A model generated the notes under the pieces. The model was not told the DNA's origin. It ran no database searches and saw nothing but the letters and a program-made list of their open reading frames with translations. Both the position numbers and the translations under genes were made by a program. Below are positions 14,646 to 26,026 of a stretch of 64,000 nt of DNA, in pieces. Source of the stretch: Marsupella aquatica (Eukaryota > Plantae > Marchantiophyta); contig OZ316895.1 in the NCBI GenBank assembly GCA_973895155.1, positions 11,825,919 through 11,889,918 on the forward strand, read 5' to 3'. The first letter of the stretch is position 1. Every line of letters starts with the position of its first letter.

Positions 14646-15155
14646 TGAGGTTTTAGGGTTGTCTTTCATGTGCAAGGTCTTCAAAAAATTGACCTTTATC
14701 TGACCGGAATTTTGAGTAAAAATTTATTAACAAATCTCCACAGAATTTGCTAAAGGGATGTTATTATCAAATCTCCACCGAATCTGCTAAGGGAAAAACA
14801 TGTCACCCGCCCATGCAGTCTCATGTCCTTCTTTGTCTTTCCAGCTCCTCTATTCTACCGGGCAGTAAGCGCAGGAACTATTTGCAAGCTGTAATGACAA
14901 GTTTTGTTTCATTACCAATTCAAAGCTACTGACCAGGAAGGGCCAGAAAGTTTCTAGCCCCTGCCCTTTAGAGGGGAAGAACAAACCTCTAGTCCATCCA
15001 TGCTTCACATTTTGGACAAAGTGCTGGTGAATAGCTCTAGGGAGAAATCTGTGACAAAGCCACGCCATTGGCCACAACCAAGTCCACCGCGGGGAAGGGC
15101 TTGCCCAAAACTACTGTACAATCAGCTGACCACCTATGTAACTACAGTAGGTTTT

Positions 15156-15254
15156 TTGTTTTTCTAAGGAGAAATAAAAACCCCACGGAAAGGGAACAGT
15201 GAGACACAACACTTCAACCCAAGACTTATGAGTATCCACTCGGACAAGCTACCA
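15156..15254 (-). mobile_element. 5'-truncated tRNA-like SINE
   Basis: Reverse complement matches the 43107 and 44857 copies. A-rich tail. Exact 17-bp TSD TAACTACAGTAGGTTTT at 15139-15155 and 15255-15271. Confidence 0.85.
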
Positions 15255-15606
15255 TAACTACAGTAGGTTTTATGTGTTTCCAATAGAACTCCTGCCCTTC
15301 TTGTTCTATACCACCTTGGCAAGTTTTTTAACACGAAGAAGATGGATGCCCCCACCTCGTACCGGCGGCTGGGGAAGAAAAGGGCACAGATAAGTTACTA
15401 AAAACGACAGCCATATGTATTTTCTTCTGCCCCTGAAAACAGGACTAAATATTAGGGAGTGTCAAAACGACAGTGAACTACCTCTTGGAGTCACTCCCGG
15501 TCCTCCCGGAGGTTTTAGTCTCCCCTCTTCCCTTTGTCCTTCTCCAACAGTGAACCCTTGTCGCCTTGCGGCTCCACGTGCCGCATCGAGAATCTTTGTT
15601 ATGCCA

Positions 15607-15692
15607 AAGAAAGATTTGATGGGCCCTGCAAGAAAAAAAGATTTGATGGGGCCCTTGCACGAAAGAAAGGAAAAAAAGATTTGATGGGGCCC
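15607..15692. repeat. Three copies of aaagatttgatgggg?cc
   Basis: Direct short repeats seen in the sequence. Confidence 0.7.
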
Positions 15693-17144
15693 TTCCAAGA
15701 ATGAACTCAACGAGGCCTCGTTTTTCAAAAGAGGTTTGCTGGCCCCCATTGATACAACCAGCTTTTTTTTTAGTGACAAGAATTCGTCAAATTTCACCTC
15801 CCCAAAACTCTTTCACCTCTTTTAGCAAAATTCGCTACTATTTCTCTGTCTGATCACAAGCTCCATTAAAGAGAATCTAACAATCAGCTTTAAAATCTGA
15901 CAGTCAGGAAATTAATTGAACAGGTAACGAATATGTTGTCCTTCACAAACCATACATTGGCCACTATGACAAAAAAAGTAAAATCCTTAAAAAATATGTT
16001 GGTCACAATCCCTGTGCGCCTGCTGGGTCGCAATTACTTCCCGGTTACAAGTACTCGTGGTGCTGTTGCAGCAACCGGGTCGTGACTCTGCAGCATCATA
16101 AAGGGCCCACAGTTTAGGACTTAACATCGGCACGTTGCAGCAACATTGCCTGATCACATGAACTTGCATTTTTTCCGAAGGATTCTGGCAACCTGCAACC
16201 TCTTGATTTTGGCGCTTTGATGGGTCGATTGGTGAGGGACAGAGGTGTAATGTTGTGCAACAATGGAGGCAACTGGGAAATAACCCGTGTGGTTCCCCAT
16301 ATTTGTCCTCAGTTCAAAGCTTGGAGACTATGAGGCCCCTAAACCCTCTTAAGTCCCCTTGATACCCACTGAAGTTGCACTGAGGATTTATTTGTTCCAG
16401 GATCTGGAACCTTGTCTCCAAATTTTTGTTCTTTTACACTGATACATATGTGTGGTAGTGGGGGTTGATTTGTTCAATTGGTCATTGAAATGTACCGGAG
16501 AACACTGTTCATCCACTAGGACGGCAGTGATTTGCAACGTTGCTCCAAAGTCTGGATTGCACCTGCTAATTTGTTGTGAGGTGGGTGTAGCTACTAGAAT
16601 AAGTATATTTAAACCCAAGCTCGGTTTATGGCCCCCACCTCTACATTTTGCCGACTAGTGGCATCTGGTTCTTCCCTTTAGGTCCCACACTTATCGATGC
16701 AGCGTCACAAGCCATTGCTTGGTCAAGCCAGGTCGTCATGTGTGCTCCTTGTACAAGCAAACACCAATAGATGTATACCCCTTTCCCCAAAGCTATATTC
16801 TTGTTCAATTGTAGGCCACTGGTGTGCATGGTGTCTTTGTATCGTTTAAATTGTTTTTAGATACTAGAAAAGTTGACTTTCCTTGCTCGGAGGTTAGAGA
16901 AGCTTTTGGCAACTTTTTTCAGGTGAGGTAGCCCTTGATAACCAAAGGAATCATCATAGGACATAATTAATATAAAGCTCATTTCATGGCCTTTGGTAAA
17001 AACGAAACAAAAGATAGGTTGAGGCCACTTGGACAACTTGGGACCTAGAGTATCCCAGCCAGAACATAGAATGGATGGCAAGGAGCCAATGTAACTATGT
17101 GCATAATCATGAGAGCATCTCACATTTTTAGGAAAGGACCGATT

Positions 17145-18205
17145 CAACAAAAAGGGCCAAACAAAGTACTCTACAATGGTATAAAAGTACTAAAAGAAGT
17201 ACATAGAGGACAAACATGAAACTCAAAAGAAGAAGGCAAATATATCCTTGGAGGGGCAAGCCTCTGCTTAAACACGTTAGTACCCATTGTTAGAGATGTA
17301 GGAGAGATTCTCGGGCTTGAGCATGCTATAACGTAGAGGATAATGCAGGTCTGGTCTGAGTAGGGTTCAGGCTAGAATCTCTGCCCAGACATGCATTATA
17401 GTAGTAATTTCTGTCCCAAAAAAGGTAACTTCTGGGCAACAGATTATGCGAATAGCAAGGCCTCCAGAAATGTTTTACATGCCATTAACTTGCCTTCTGG
17501 ACAGAATTTACATCACCAAAATTTGTTGATTGAAGTGGATTGTCAAGATAGATAGTAATGGTCCTGTGGAACCATCCTATGCATGAACGTCTTGAGCTGC
17601 ATGTTGCAGGAACCCATCCCACTAATGATGTATTCTCCCAAATATTTTAATAGCAAGGGGGAGGAAGCTATCTAATAATGGTCATGTTGCATATTTCTCC
17701 TCTTTTGCTATTGACTACACCCATGCAGTTGTTGGCCCTGCCTGTGATTCCACTATCTGGGTGATGTCTTGACACACAGGGTTGGCACCCACAACATCAG
17801 CTAAGACCAAACTCAGATCAGCCAAGGTATGTGTCATCTCATATCATGGGAAGATCAACAAAGTGTCTGCACAAGCCAAGACCAGGCAAATCAAGTAGCA
17901 CCACCCATCCAACTTCCCAACTCAGAGGCCATGGGCAGTAGTCTCAGGGATTGGGTTTAGTGTCTGCCCAGCATCAAAAGTAGCTATGGTCTCTCCACCT
18001 GTATCACACTCAAGAAGATGTACCCATTGTCTTCACAATGCTTCTCACATGTGCAAAAAGTACAGTGGGTAAACTCACAAAGAAGTGGTTGTTGTAAAAG
18101 CATGAGGTGCTTCCCTTATGAATAATGCCCTCCTACTGTAGTTAGCAGGGCACTCCTCCAAGCCTGAGGGTGCCAGCGTAAGGGCATGGGGGATTGGAAT
18201 TTTGT
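17145..18205 (-). mobile_element. Degenerate CRE-clade non-LTR retrotransposon 3' fragment
   Basis: Broken translation (VHLLECDTGGETI...ADVVGANPVCQDI...KEEKY...DSFLPLAIKIFGRIH...GPLLSILTIHFNQ) aligns to the 26313-27287 ORF. Interrupted by a ~175-bp insert at ~17336-17510. Confidence 0.8.
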
Positions 18206-20584
18206 CACACATAATTTCTGTTGTATTTTTCAGTTTGTGTCGCTATTTACCATGAGGAAGTAGAGACAATCAAGGGGACAATTGACTGAGAGTCTAGCCA
18301 GGGCATTAGGTGAGACACTGCCAGAAAAACTGTGCTACAAAGTCAGATAGAGAAACACATTTAAAACAATTAGGACTGAGCTCATTAGGATTAAGGGTGG
18401 GGTTCGATTACAATTTTGATTACGAATCAAGGGCATTCTTCACATTACACTATTGCTTCTCACAACATTGCACTGCACAAATAGTCATCAATTACAAACA
18501 TAAAAATTGGGGCTTTAAGGTGAATGCGTAGTTGCCTAACAACACAATCACTTCCATAAACTAGGGATTCAGATCAGTGGTAGCAAGATGAAGAACATGG
18601 TGAAACTAGGGTATAATCTCACAAAGGTAATTTCACACTGAATTATTGAAATAGACAGTTTGTAGTTGCACACTAACGGTTTGGCCTTGGATAGGGTTCA
18701 AAAAAATCTGACTACCTTTGAAGGAGTGACCTTCATTGGGCCATGGAAATTTTCCAAGGTGAAAAATAGCTAGGATAACCCACATTTGGAGTCAATATCT
18801 AAACAATTAATCATCAAAACCTAAGGGCCAACTACAAAAAATCATTAGCACTACATGTGATCCACAATAAGTATATACTATTCTGAACAATGCTTTTTAA
18901 AGCATAGGGAGTAAAATGAGGTGTTACACAAAGGCAAAGAGTATTCTTTATTAAGTACCTCGTTCAAACTTCATCTAAGTCATTGAAAATCCAAAAGGGG
19001 AATATTTATAAAATATGATCTTCATACAATATGAATATTTAAGCAGGTCAAAATGGCATGTGCTATCCTAACAAATAATCTAGTTTGACCTCCCACTTCA
19101 AAACTCAAAGAAGCTGAGATAGGCCCAAATTGACTAGGGCAAAGCATCCTAAGCTTTTTGGTGCTACCCAAGTTTGTGACCAAAATGCTTTTGGGCTCAA
19201 GCGTATGGGTTTTATGTTGCCTTTGGTTGACATGGCCCCCTTCTAGCTGTAGGGTAAACAGATGTAAGACTTGATTTCCAAGTGCTTGTGGTCCACGGTC
19301 GAACCTACTGCATTGGCTGCATGGCATGTATATTTCGACAAAAACTAAGGCTGTTCAAGTACTCGAAAGCCCCTTCGACAAGGGCTTGTTATAAATATAT
19401 AACGCTGCCCTTGTCATAACCCGCAAAGCCTGGTCAAAGGAGTTTGTCAGGTGTGAATTCTGGTGTGCATTTATTCGGTCACGTTTCAAATTTACCAAAG
19501 CTCCACCCTCATCGCCTGCTTTCCAAGTAATGTGCAAATAGTGATCTATTACGTGCTAGTCACTTTTGTTCTCTTACAATACATATAATTATTTGACACC
19601 CACTTACAGATATTTCTATGGGTTTTCATTAATTATACCTATGTTGAAGTGCATACTTGAGTGACTATGCTTACTTTTAGATTTCTTACTTGGACAATCA
19701 CCAACTCAACAGACTCTGATGATGGACGTGGCACTTCAGAGTGATTACGTATACTTAATCCTCTTTGTGATTTTCCTTTGTACGTTTTGGTGCTCTACGA
19801 CAAAGATTGCATAATCCAGATTTGATTGGGCATTATGAAAATTCTCAATAAAAATTGAAAATATGCTACTCCTTCAAGTGTATAAATTCTTTTCAGGAGG
19901 GCACTGTCGGCAATAATGGTCCCTCAAAACCTGAGGTGAAGCCCTGTTTTTGACTCTACTTTCACTAACTGTAGAAGACAGAAAAAATCATTTTGGCCTT
20001 CAATGCCCTGGTAAGAGGGCCCCCTCTTAAAGTCTTACCAGGGCATTGTTGGCATTAATAACCCCCCAACACTCGAGCTTCATTTTGGGGTGCAGTATGG
20101 CCCATAGTGCCCCTGTTACCATGGCCATACTACAAGATTAGAGATGCCTGTAGAATGATTGAAACATGTAGTGCTACCACTTGGACGAGTATGCCTTTTA
20201 CTAGGGTAGGGGCAACTATTGCACTAGGAAGAGTCTATAGTTGGACGAAAGTCAACAGGTCTACGTTTTCATCAAACTGCGTAGAGCTAGGTTTCTTGGA
20301 AATATCTCCCATCCAACATTGACGGTGAGATATCTATATAATTATATACTTGTATCCTGCACTCTGGCTGATGCACTTCATCTCAGACCATAGGCTTTCA
20401 GTGGGCCAGCCATATCCTCTGACAACTCACATCCAGCAATCCAGCATGGATGCGAGTGACAATCATCACGCACGCTTTGAAAATATTTGGCAGTCGTTTT
20501 GCTCCACCTGGGAACCTTCCTCAGCCAGACAATGGTATCCAGCATCGAGATGGACAATATGTTTAACATCGGTCACCCTTTATT

Positions 20585-21101
20585 TCAAATCTCAACAATT
20601 TGGTGATTCGGGACCTGCTTTCCATCAAATCTCAACAATTTGATGAGACTGTAAAGTCGAGGTATCTGCCCACTCGAAGGGTTGAGGAGTAGGAATTGTA
20701 GGATCCTACGGTGATGCCTTACATCAATTCCCAACAATTTGGTGAAACTGTAAAGTCGAGATATCTGCCCACTCGAAGGATCTAGCAATAGAAATTTTAC
20801 GTAAAGTGATGCTTTACATCAAATCTCAACAATTTGGTGAGACTGTAAAGTCGAGATATCTGCCCACTCGAAAGATCTAGAAGTAGGAATTTTAGGTAAA
20901 GTGATGCTTTACATCAAATCTCATCAATTTGGTGAGACTGTAAAGTCGAGGGATCTGCCCACTCGAAGGGTCTAGGAGTAGGAACTGTAGGACCTGCGGT
21001 CATGCTGCATATCAAATCTCAACAATTTGGCGAAACTGTAAAGTCGAGGTGTTTGCCCACTCGAAGGATCTAGCTGTAGAAACTGTCGGAACTGCGTTCA
21101 T
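20585..21101. repeat. Minisatellite, five units of ~95-99 bp plus a partial unit
   Basis: Units start at about 20624, 20723, 20818, 20913 and 21011 (atcaaatctcaacaatttggtgagactgtaaagtcgag...). Confidence 0.95.
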
Positions 21102-21623
21102 GAAAATAATGACACTTGCTGAAGATGAAGACGGTATGGCCAGTCTGGACTTGGTGCGAGAAAAGAAGTCCCACTACGGGATAGGTGGCTACTAATAAGT
21201 CACTTTCATCTCCTTTCTTATGCTTCCAAGCCCAGAACTCATATTCTCACTGTCAGTGGTGATGACACTGACTTATGTTGTAAGCGGGACACCAGAGCAC
21301 ATTTGGAGCAGTCTCCACAATCTCTCCAAGAAATTGACGAAAGTCCCTAGAGCAGGGAAAGAGAGCATGATTCAAATATAAGAACATGCTCAATCAGTAT
21401 AGACAGCACAGCACGCGTGCATAAGAAAAGGAGAGTACAATAGCACGAGTACATAATTCACAAATTTCCTCTGTAGTGATTGACCTAGTGATCTAGGGAG
21501 AATGGTGTGATTATACAGTCCTCCCCGTCTTGAATATCGACTTCATCTACAACTAGGCAAGTAACAACGTTGTCATCGAAACAGTCATGTCTTATGTTTC
21601 TACATTGCGGACTACCAACACTA

Positions 21624-22571
21624 CTACAATACTGCTCTGGCCAAAGCAGATTCCTTTGAGAATATGCGATTTAGAACAGCAGCAAGTCTAACTCCCCCTT
21701 TGGCAAGCTGTTGCTCCACAATTGGTAATCTCGAGTAGAAATAATCATCCTCCAGAATTGTACCAGCCGTGGCGTCTCTGTACGCCCATTTGCAAGCCAG
21801 AATGATGCTCTCATCAGCAATCAGGTCAGGACAGACAAGTGCCCCATCTGGGCAACTACCCCAATCTGTGGTATCTTTCAACCAAGCAGTTGTGATGTTT
21901 TGATAGAGCGCATCTTTGAAGGCCGAAAGATCGGAGTCGAACAAATAGTCCCTCGCTCTGGCTATGAATTCATTATCCCAAATATGGTGCAAGTTGTATT
22001 TCCTGGTATACCAATGCAGAATGATAGAATTGCCCCCAGCATCTGTTGTGAATCCCACATGGAGGGGCTGGTGAATATCCCCCATGAAGTGAGCCAAAAA
22101 CAGGAGTGCTTCAGTGAGATTATATCCTGCCTTCAAAGGATGATGATTTCCCCTCAAGGCCGGGCCTGAGGCATGGTAGGTGAGCAACTGAGACGAATAA
22201 TTGTTGATACCTCCAGCAACACACATATCCTGTTGGTCCTTCTCGTTGTGGCAGTCCCGAGCATAATCATAGTTGCAATAAAAGTCAGGTGTGTCGATGT
22301 AGTGCAAAGGACTGGTCCACTGCCATTTCCACATCCATCTGACATCATCCGCCCATGTGCAGAGACTCGCGAGACTGCCATTAGCATACTCTGGCAGCAA
22401 GCTCCTCACGCCCGCCAATGCAGCTGGCGTCAACAGAGGTTCCGCCAGGAGGCATGTAATGTGATGCCCGTCCGCACCCCATGCTTCAACGGAAACCAGA
22501 CCCTGCTGTAGAGTGCAGAGCACCAGTCCCAAGCTCAAAAGAACCCACGTCCGCCCAACCCTAAACGCCAT
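21624..22571 (-). CDS. S1/P1 family nuclease (plant ENDO/BFN1-like), intronless, 315 aa, secreted
   Basis: ATG at 22571 (MAFRVGRTWVLL..., signal peptide). Mature N-terminus WGADGH, then WADD, LHYIDTPD, HFMGDIHQPLH, NLHHIWD and C-terminal QLAKGGVRLA, i.e. the Zn-binding motifs of S1/P1 nucleases. Confidence 0.95.
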   Translation of the reverse strand: MAFRVGRTWVLLSLGLVLCTLQQGLVSVEAWGADGHHITCLLAEPLLTPAALAGVRSLLPEYANGSLASLCTWADDVRWMWKWQWTSPLHYIDTPDFYCNYDYARDCHNEKDQQDMCVAGGINNYSSQLLTYHASGPALRGNHHPLKAGYNLTEALLFLAHFMGDIHQPLHVGFTTDAGGNSIILHWYTRKYNLHHIWDNEFIARARDYLFDSDLSAFKDALYQNITTAWLKDTTDWGSCPDGALVCPDLIADESIILACKWAYRDATAGTILEDDYFYSRLPIVEQQLAKGGVRLAAVLNRIFSKESALARAVL

Positions 22572-22664
22572 TTCCTCCTCCTGTCTTTCTCTACATCCGC
22601 AATCTATAGGCCACAGAAATGATACTCCCCTGTCTTTCTCTACGTGCACACTGTCGAGGCCACA

Positions 22665-22892
22665 GATACTTGCTGTTGTTGGTTTTGTTCCTAAGATCAA
22701 ATTCCGGAAGCTGCTCCGTGGAATATCCTGGAGGCAACTGAATGTCTATGTATAAAGGCGGAGGCAGGTTGGGTTCGTCTGCGTCGTCCCCAGGCGCATG
22801 GATCAATCCGCAACCGAAACGAATTCGTTGTCACTGATCTCGCTGGAGCTGTCATAGAAGATAGACACGAGAGCAAGCAACTCACTCTTCTT
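22665..22892 (-). pseudogene. Inverted duplicated fragment of the first coding exon of the RWD gene
   Basis: Reverse complement aligns at high identity to 31369-31581 (ELLAL.SIFYDS...NLPPPLYIDI.LPPGY.TE.LPEF). Small insertions shift the frame. Confidence 0.93.
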
Positions 22893-24323
22893 GTGCTGCA
22901 CCCGGAAGCGAGGGAATGACGTATCGTGGGAGTAATGAACGAATCGCAGGAATCCGCCTTGAAACTCGGGCACGTTTTCCACAGGAAAGGTGCTCTGCGA
23001 TGTGGGGAGCATCAAATCTAAGCTGTGCAGAAGCGGGTGCAATCCTGGCTCCACATCGGAGGCAGACGGCGTTTCGGAAGTTGAGCCTACTGTGCAGATT
23101 GCAATCGTGTCACACGGGACTCCTTCACATGGGCAAGATGTGCACGCTTCAGCAGTGCTGGTTCAGTACAGAAAGAGGTTGGATTCCATCATGATTCACG
23201 GTAACGATTGAGACAAGGGTCACAAGAACTAGAGGTGTACGCCAAGAAATCAATATACATTAGGGCGTCTCAACCAATCTCTTTACCCTTTTTTGTGGGT
23301 TCCCTTCTGCAGGAAATTTATGTTTCTTCGTTTCGTTGGCCCGGGATATTTCAGACCATGCTGTCATGTAGTTGAAAAAACCCTTCCCATCAGTGTGCAT
23401 GTGATTGAAGTTCAAGACAAGAACCACTTCCCCACATTTGAAGCATGTGACTTGGACGAAGATGCAAGGTAGACCTTCCGGAGAGACCCTTTGAGTCGAT
23501 TTAAGAGCTGCGAGTACAGAGCCGCTGAATTGTCTGCCAGTCTGTAGGCGGGAAACAGAGGGACATAGGCGTCGGCGCTGGCCAAATCAATAAAATTGGT
23601 TGAATGGTCTCTATAATTCATGAGGCGTTTGTTGGAACGGCTTGACGACGGTGAGCACAACATCCATGAAGGAGAGTGCCAGGGCCATGCTTGACCTCCT
23701 GTTTCTCCCCAGCACGATGACCTTATCTGGACTCCTTCCGCAATCCTTCGTGTCCTCTTACGTCTAGAATACTCATTAAAAAAAGAATACAAAAGAGCGG
23801 ATCGAAGTGGATGTCTCTTCCCCTTTTTGGGGAGTTCCCTTGTGCAGGAAATTTGACCCAAACCCAACTTTTGGCAAACTTAACCCAGGGGTTTTAGGAT
23901 TGAGACGGGTCTCAACTCCCGCCCACAGGTGAACTCAACATCGTGGACTTATTGAATTCCGTCATTTTTCTCAAGGGAGCCGATGATTCTTGAATGGAAG
24001 CCGACACATTCGCTCGAGCATCTCAAACCAGCTGTTCCGTGAAGGTTTTGCGTGATCGGAAGCTGCAGGCCCGGGTCATAGGTCCAAAATCTGCCGTTCT
24101 CTCAAAAAACGGTGGCACCACTAAATTGGGGATCAGTGCCCCCCAAAATTGGTTTGTGCAAATGCGTTGGCACCCTTAAGAAAAATGACTAAATTTGAAA
24201 ATATTATGATGTTGAGTTATCCTGTAGAACGCAAAAACTTCAGTCGAGCCAACATTTTGCAGATCACCATTCAGGAAGACTAATTTGTGGTCATAAGAGA
24301 GGGGCACGCCCACTGGATGTTAC

Positions 24324-25330
24324 CTTCAGTGCACCCAACATGTTGTCCACATTAAGATTGATTTGCATTGCAAAGTCCTTGGGCTTATACCTTTGGACGG
24401 CCGGTAGCACATGGTTGTAGTAAATGAACGCACGCAACTGGCCGTCCAAAGGTATCTGAACTCATTCAAAGAGTTTATAGTTTGGAGAATCTCAGTACCC
24501 TTCACTTCTGCCAAACTGTCGAGCTCACATGTAGCAACAAGAGTTCGTGTCCTGCATTCATAAAGGTATTCCGAGCATAATTCAACAGAATTAGAGTTAG
24601 GGTGGAAGTGCATACCAGGTAGCCAACTCAAGAAACTACCAAATTCAGGAGTCCGTATCTATCAATTTGGGGAATAGCTGAGCAGAGACATGACATCATC
24701 GAGCTTCCATTTTCCATAACGGTACGCGACAGATGCCTCTTCCGCATTCTCTGAAGCAAAAGGATTTGGCTCATTAAATTAGTACTTCTTCCCTTCCTGG
24801 AAAAATCAGAAAAATCTTAATTAATGATCGAACAGAACTCCCGGGATGCTCGCACCATGTAAAATAAGCCAGGTACCACCACTTCCAAATACCATAAACT
24901 ATTAAGAACTTACCTTTTGCAAAACCTGCTGAGAGAAATTCTGGCTGAGGGAATCAACAGAGTTGATACTTTCCTTCTCTTCAGGGATGGGCTCCTGGGC
25001 AGTCTCCTTCACCTAAACCAAAAGGGCAGAAACCGAAGTATACATCATCCATATGTAATCCTAAACAACACAGCATTCTGAGATCGAGAAGAACAGAAAC
25101 GAGTGGGCAACAGAAGGTGACAGGTCTGCAAACTCACAGTTAAGAGGTCAAAAGATGGATCTCTCTTATCAAAGAAGGCCTTGTTTCCCACTTTCTGGAC
25201 GACTCTGTCCCACGAGTAAACTGATCGCGGTGAGCACATTAGGGTTGACAGAATGGCATCGGGTTGCAAACACAATGCCAACTTCTTCATTACTTCCTGT
25301 AGCAATCGCCTGCAGGCACCAAACCGAGTT
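24324..25330 (-). pseudogene. eIF3d (translation initiation factor 3 subunit D) pseudogene fragment with retained introns
   Basis: [32 protein letters not shown] | VKETAQEPIPEEKESINS..QNFSQQVL | EPNPF..ASVAYRY.KWKL | LVATCELD..NSLNEF | YKPKDFAMQINLN. GT-AG introns are kept. Contains an in-frame stop, deletions and an insertion. Confidence 0.88.
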
Positions 25331-25399
25331 ATGTTGTTTACTTCCCTCCCTTCAGAAGACAATAGAGAGCGAAACCTTGAAAATAAAGGGGAGTTGTTG

Positions 25400-25800
25400 T
25401 AACCTTGTTAAATAACCATTTTACTCACGTTGCCCCAAACACAATGGGCATGATTATGAAAATTCCAAGCACGCATGTTCGGGCTTGGGGCAAAATCAAT
25501 GATGTGGCGCAATGACAGGCCATAAAATTTGGAAAATGCAAAATACACCGGTGGGCAGGTGTGGCCTGTCTCAAACTGGAACCCCCTAGGTAAAGTTTTC
25601 CTAAAACTTTTGTTTTGGTCAGAGTTAAGGACTGAAATTTCCAGCAGCGTCTGACGGAAAAACACAGGAAAGAGTAGATTCCCTAGTGGATGGGCATAGT
25701 TTGAGAGTATCATAGCAATAGGGCCGGCCGTAATTGGGAGTCTAAGAGCAAAGGCAGCTGGGCTCAAGGAGGGAAGGAGGGAAATATGCACTTAGTAAGC
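25400..25800 (+). mobile_element. Possible decayed LINE (L1-like) 3' fragment
   Basis: Trp-containing broken frames (MMWRNDR, WSELRTEIS) weakly resemble plant L1 ORF2 C-termini. Confidence 0.25.
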
Positions 25801-26026
25801 ACAATTGTTAGAGATATGTTCATTTCTTTTCCTTGATTAATTTCTGACCTTTGGATCTACCTAGATTTAAGGAAAATTGTAAGATTTTGGCTAACTAGTC
25901 TGATTACCCGTTCCTTTATCATAAATAAACTTTTCTATGCTATTTTCGGTTCATCTTTGCCCCCATCCCTGTTTTGTGTCCACCCTTGTTTTCAGTTTTG
26001 TCCTTGTTGAGAGTTACTGTCTAGAG

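Noticed and set aside
20640-20665. Hammerhead-like TGATGA-GAC..GTC-GAG in the repeat unit
   Set aside because: The core deviates at several invariant positions (no CUGANGA, no GAAA) and stems I and III are absent.
20585-21101. CRISPR-like array next to a nuclease
   Set aside because: The variable parts are homologous to each other rather than unique spacers, the context is eukaryotic, and the nuclease is a secreted S1/P1 type.
22572-22700. N-terminal extension of the nuclease given in the ORF track (358 aa)
   Set aside because: It starts at a non-ATG codon inside the RWD fragment; ATG 22571 gives a proper signal peptide.
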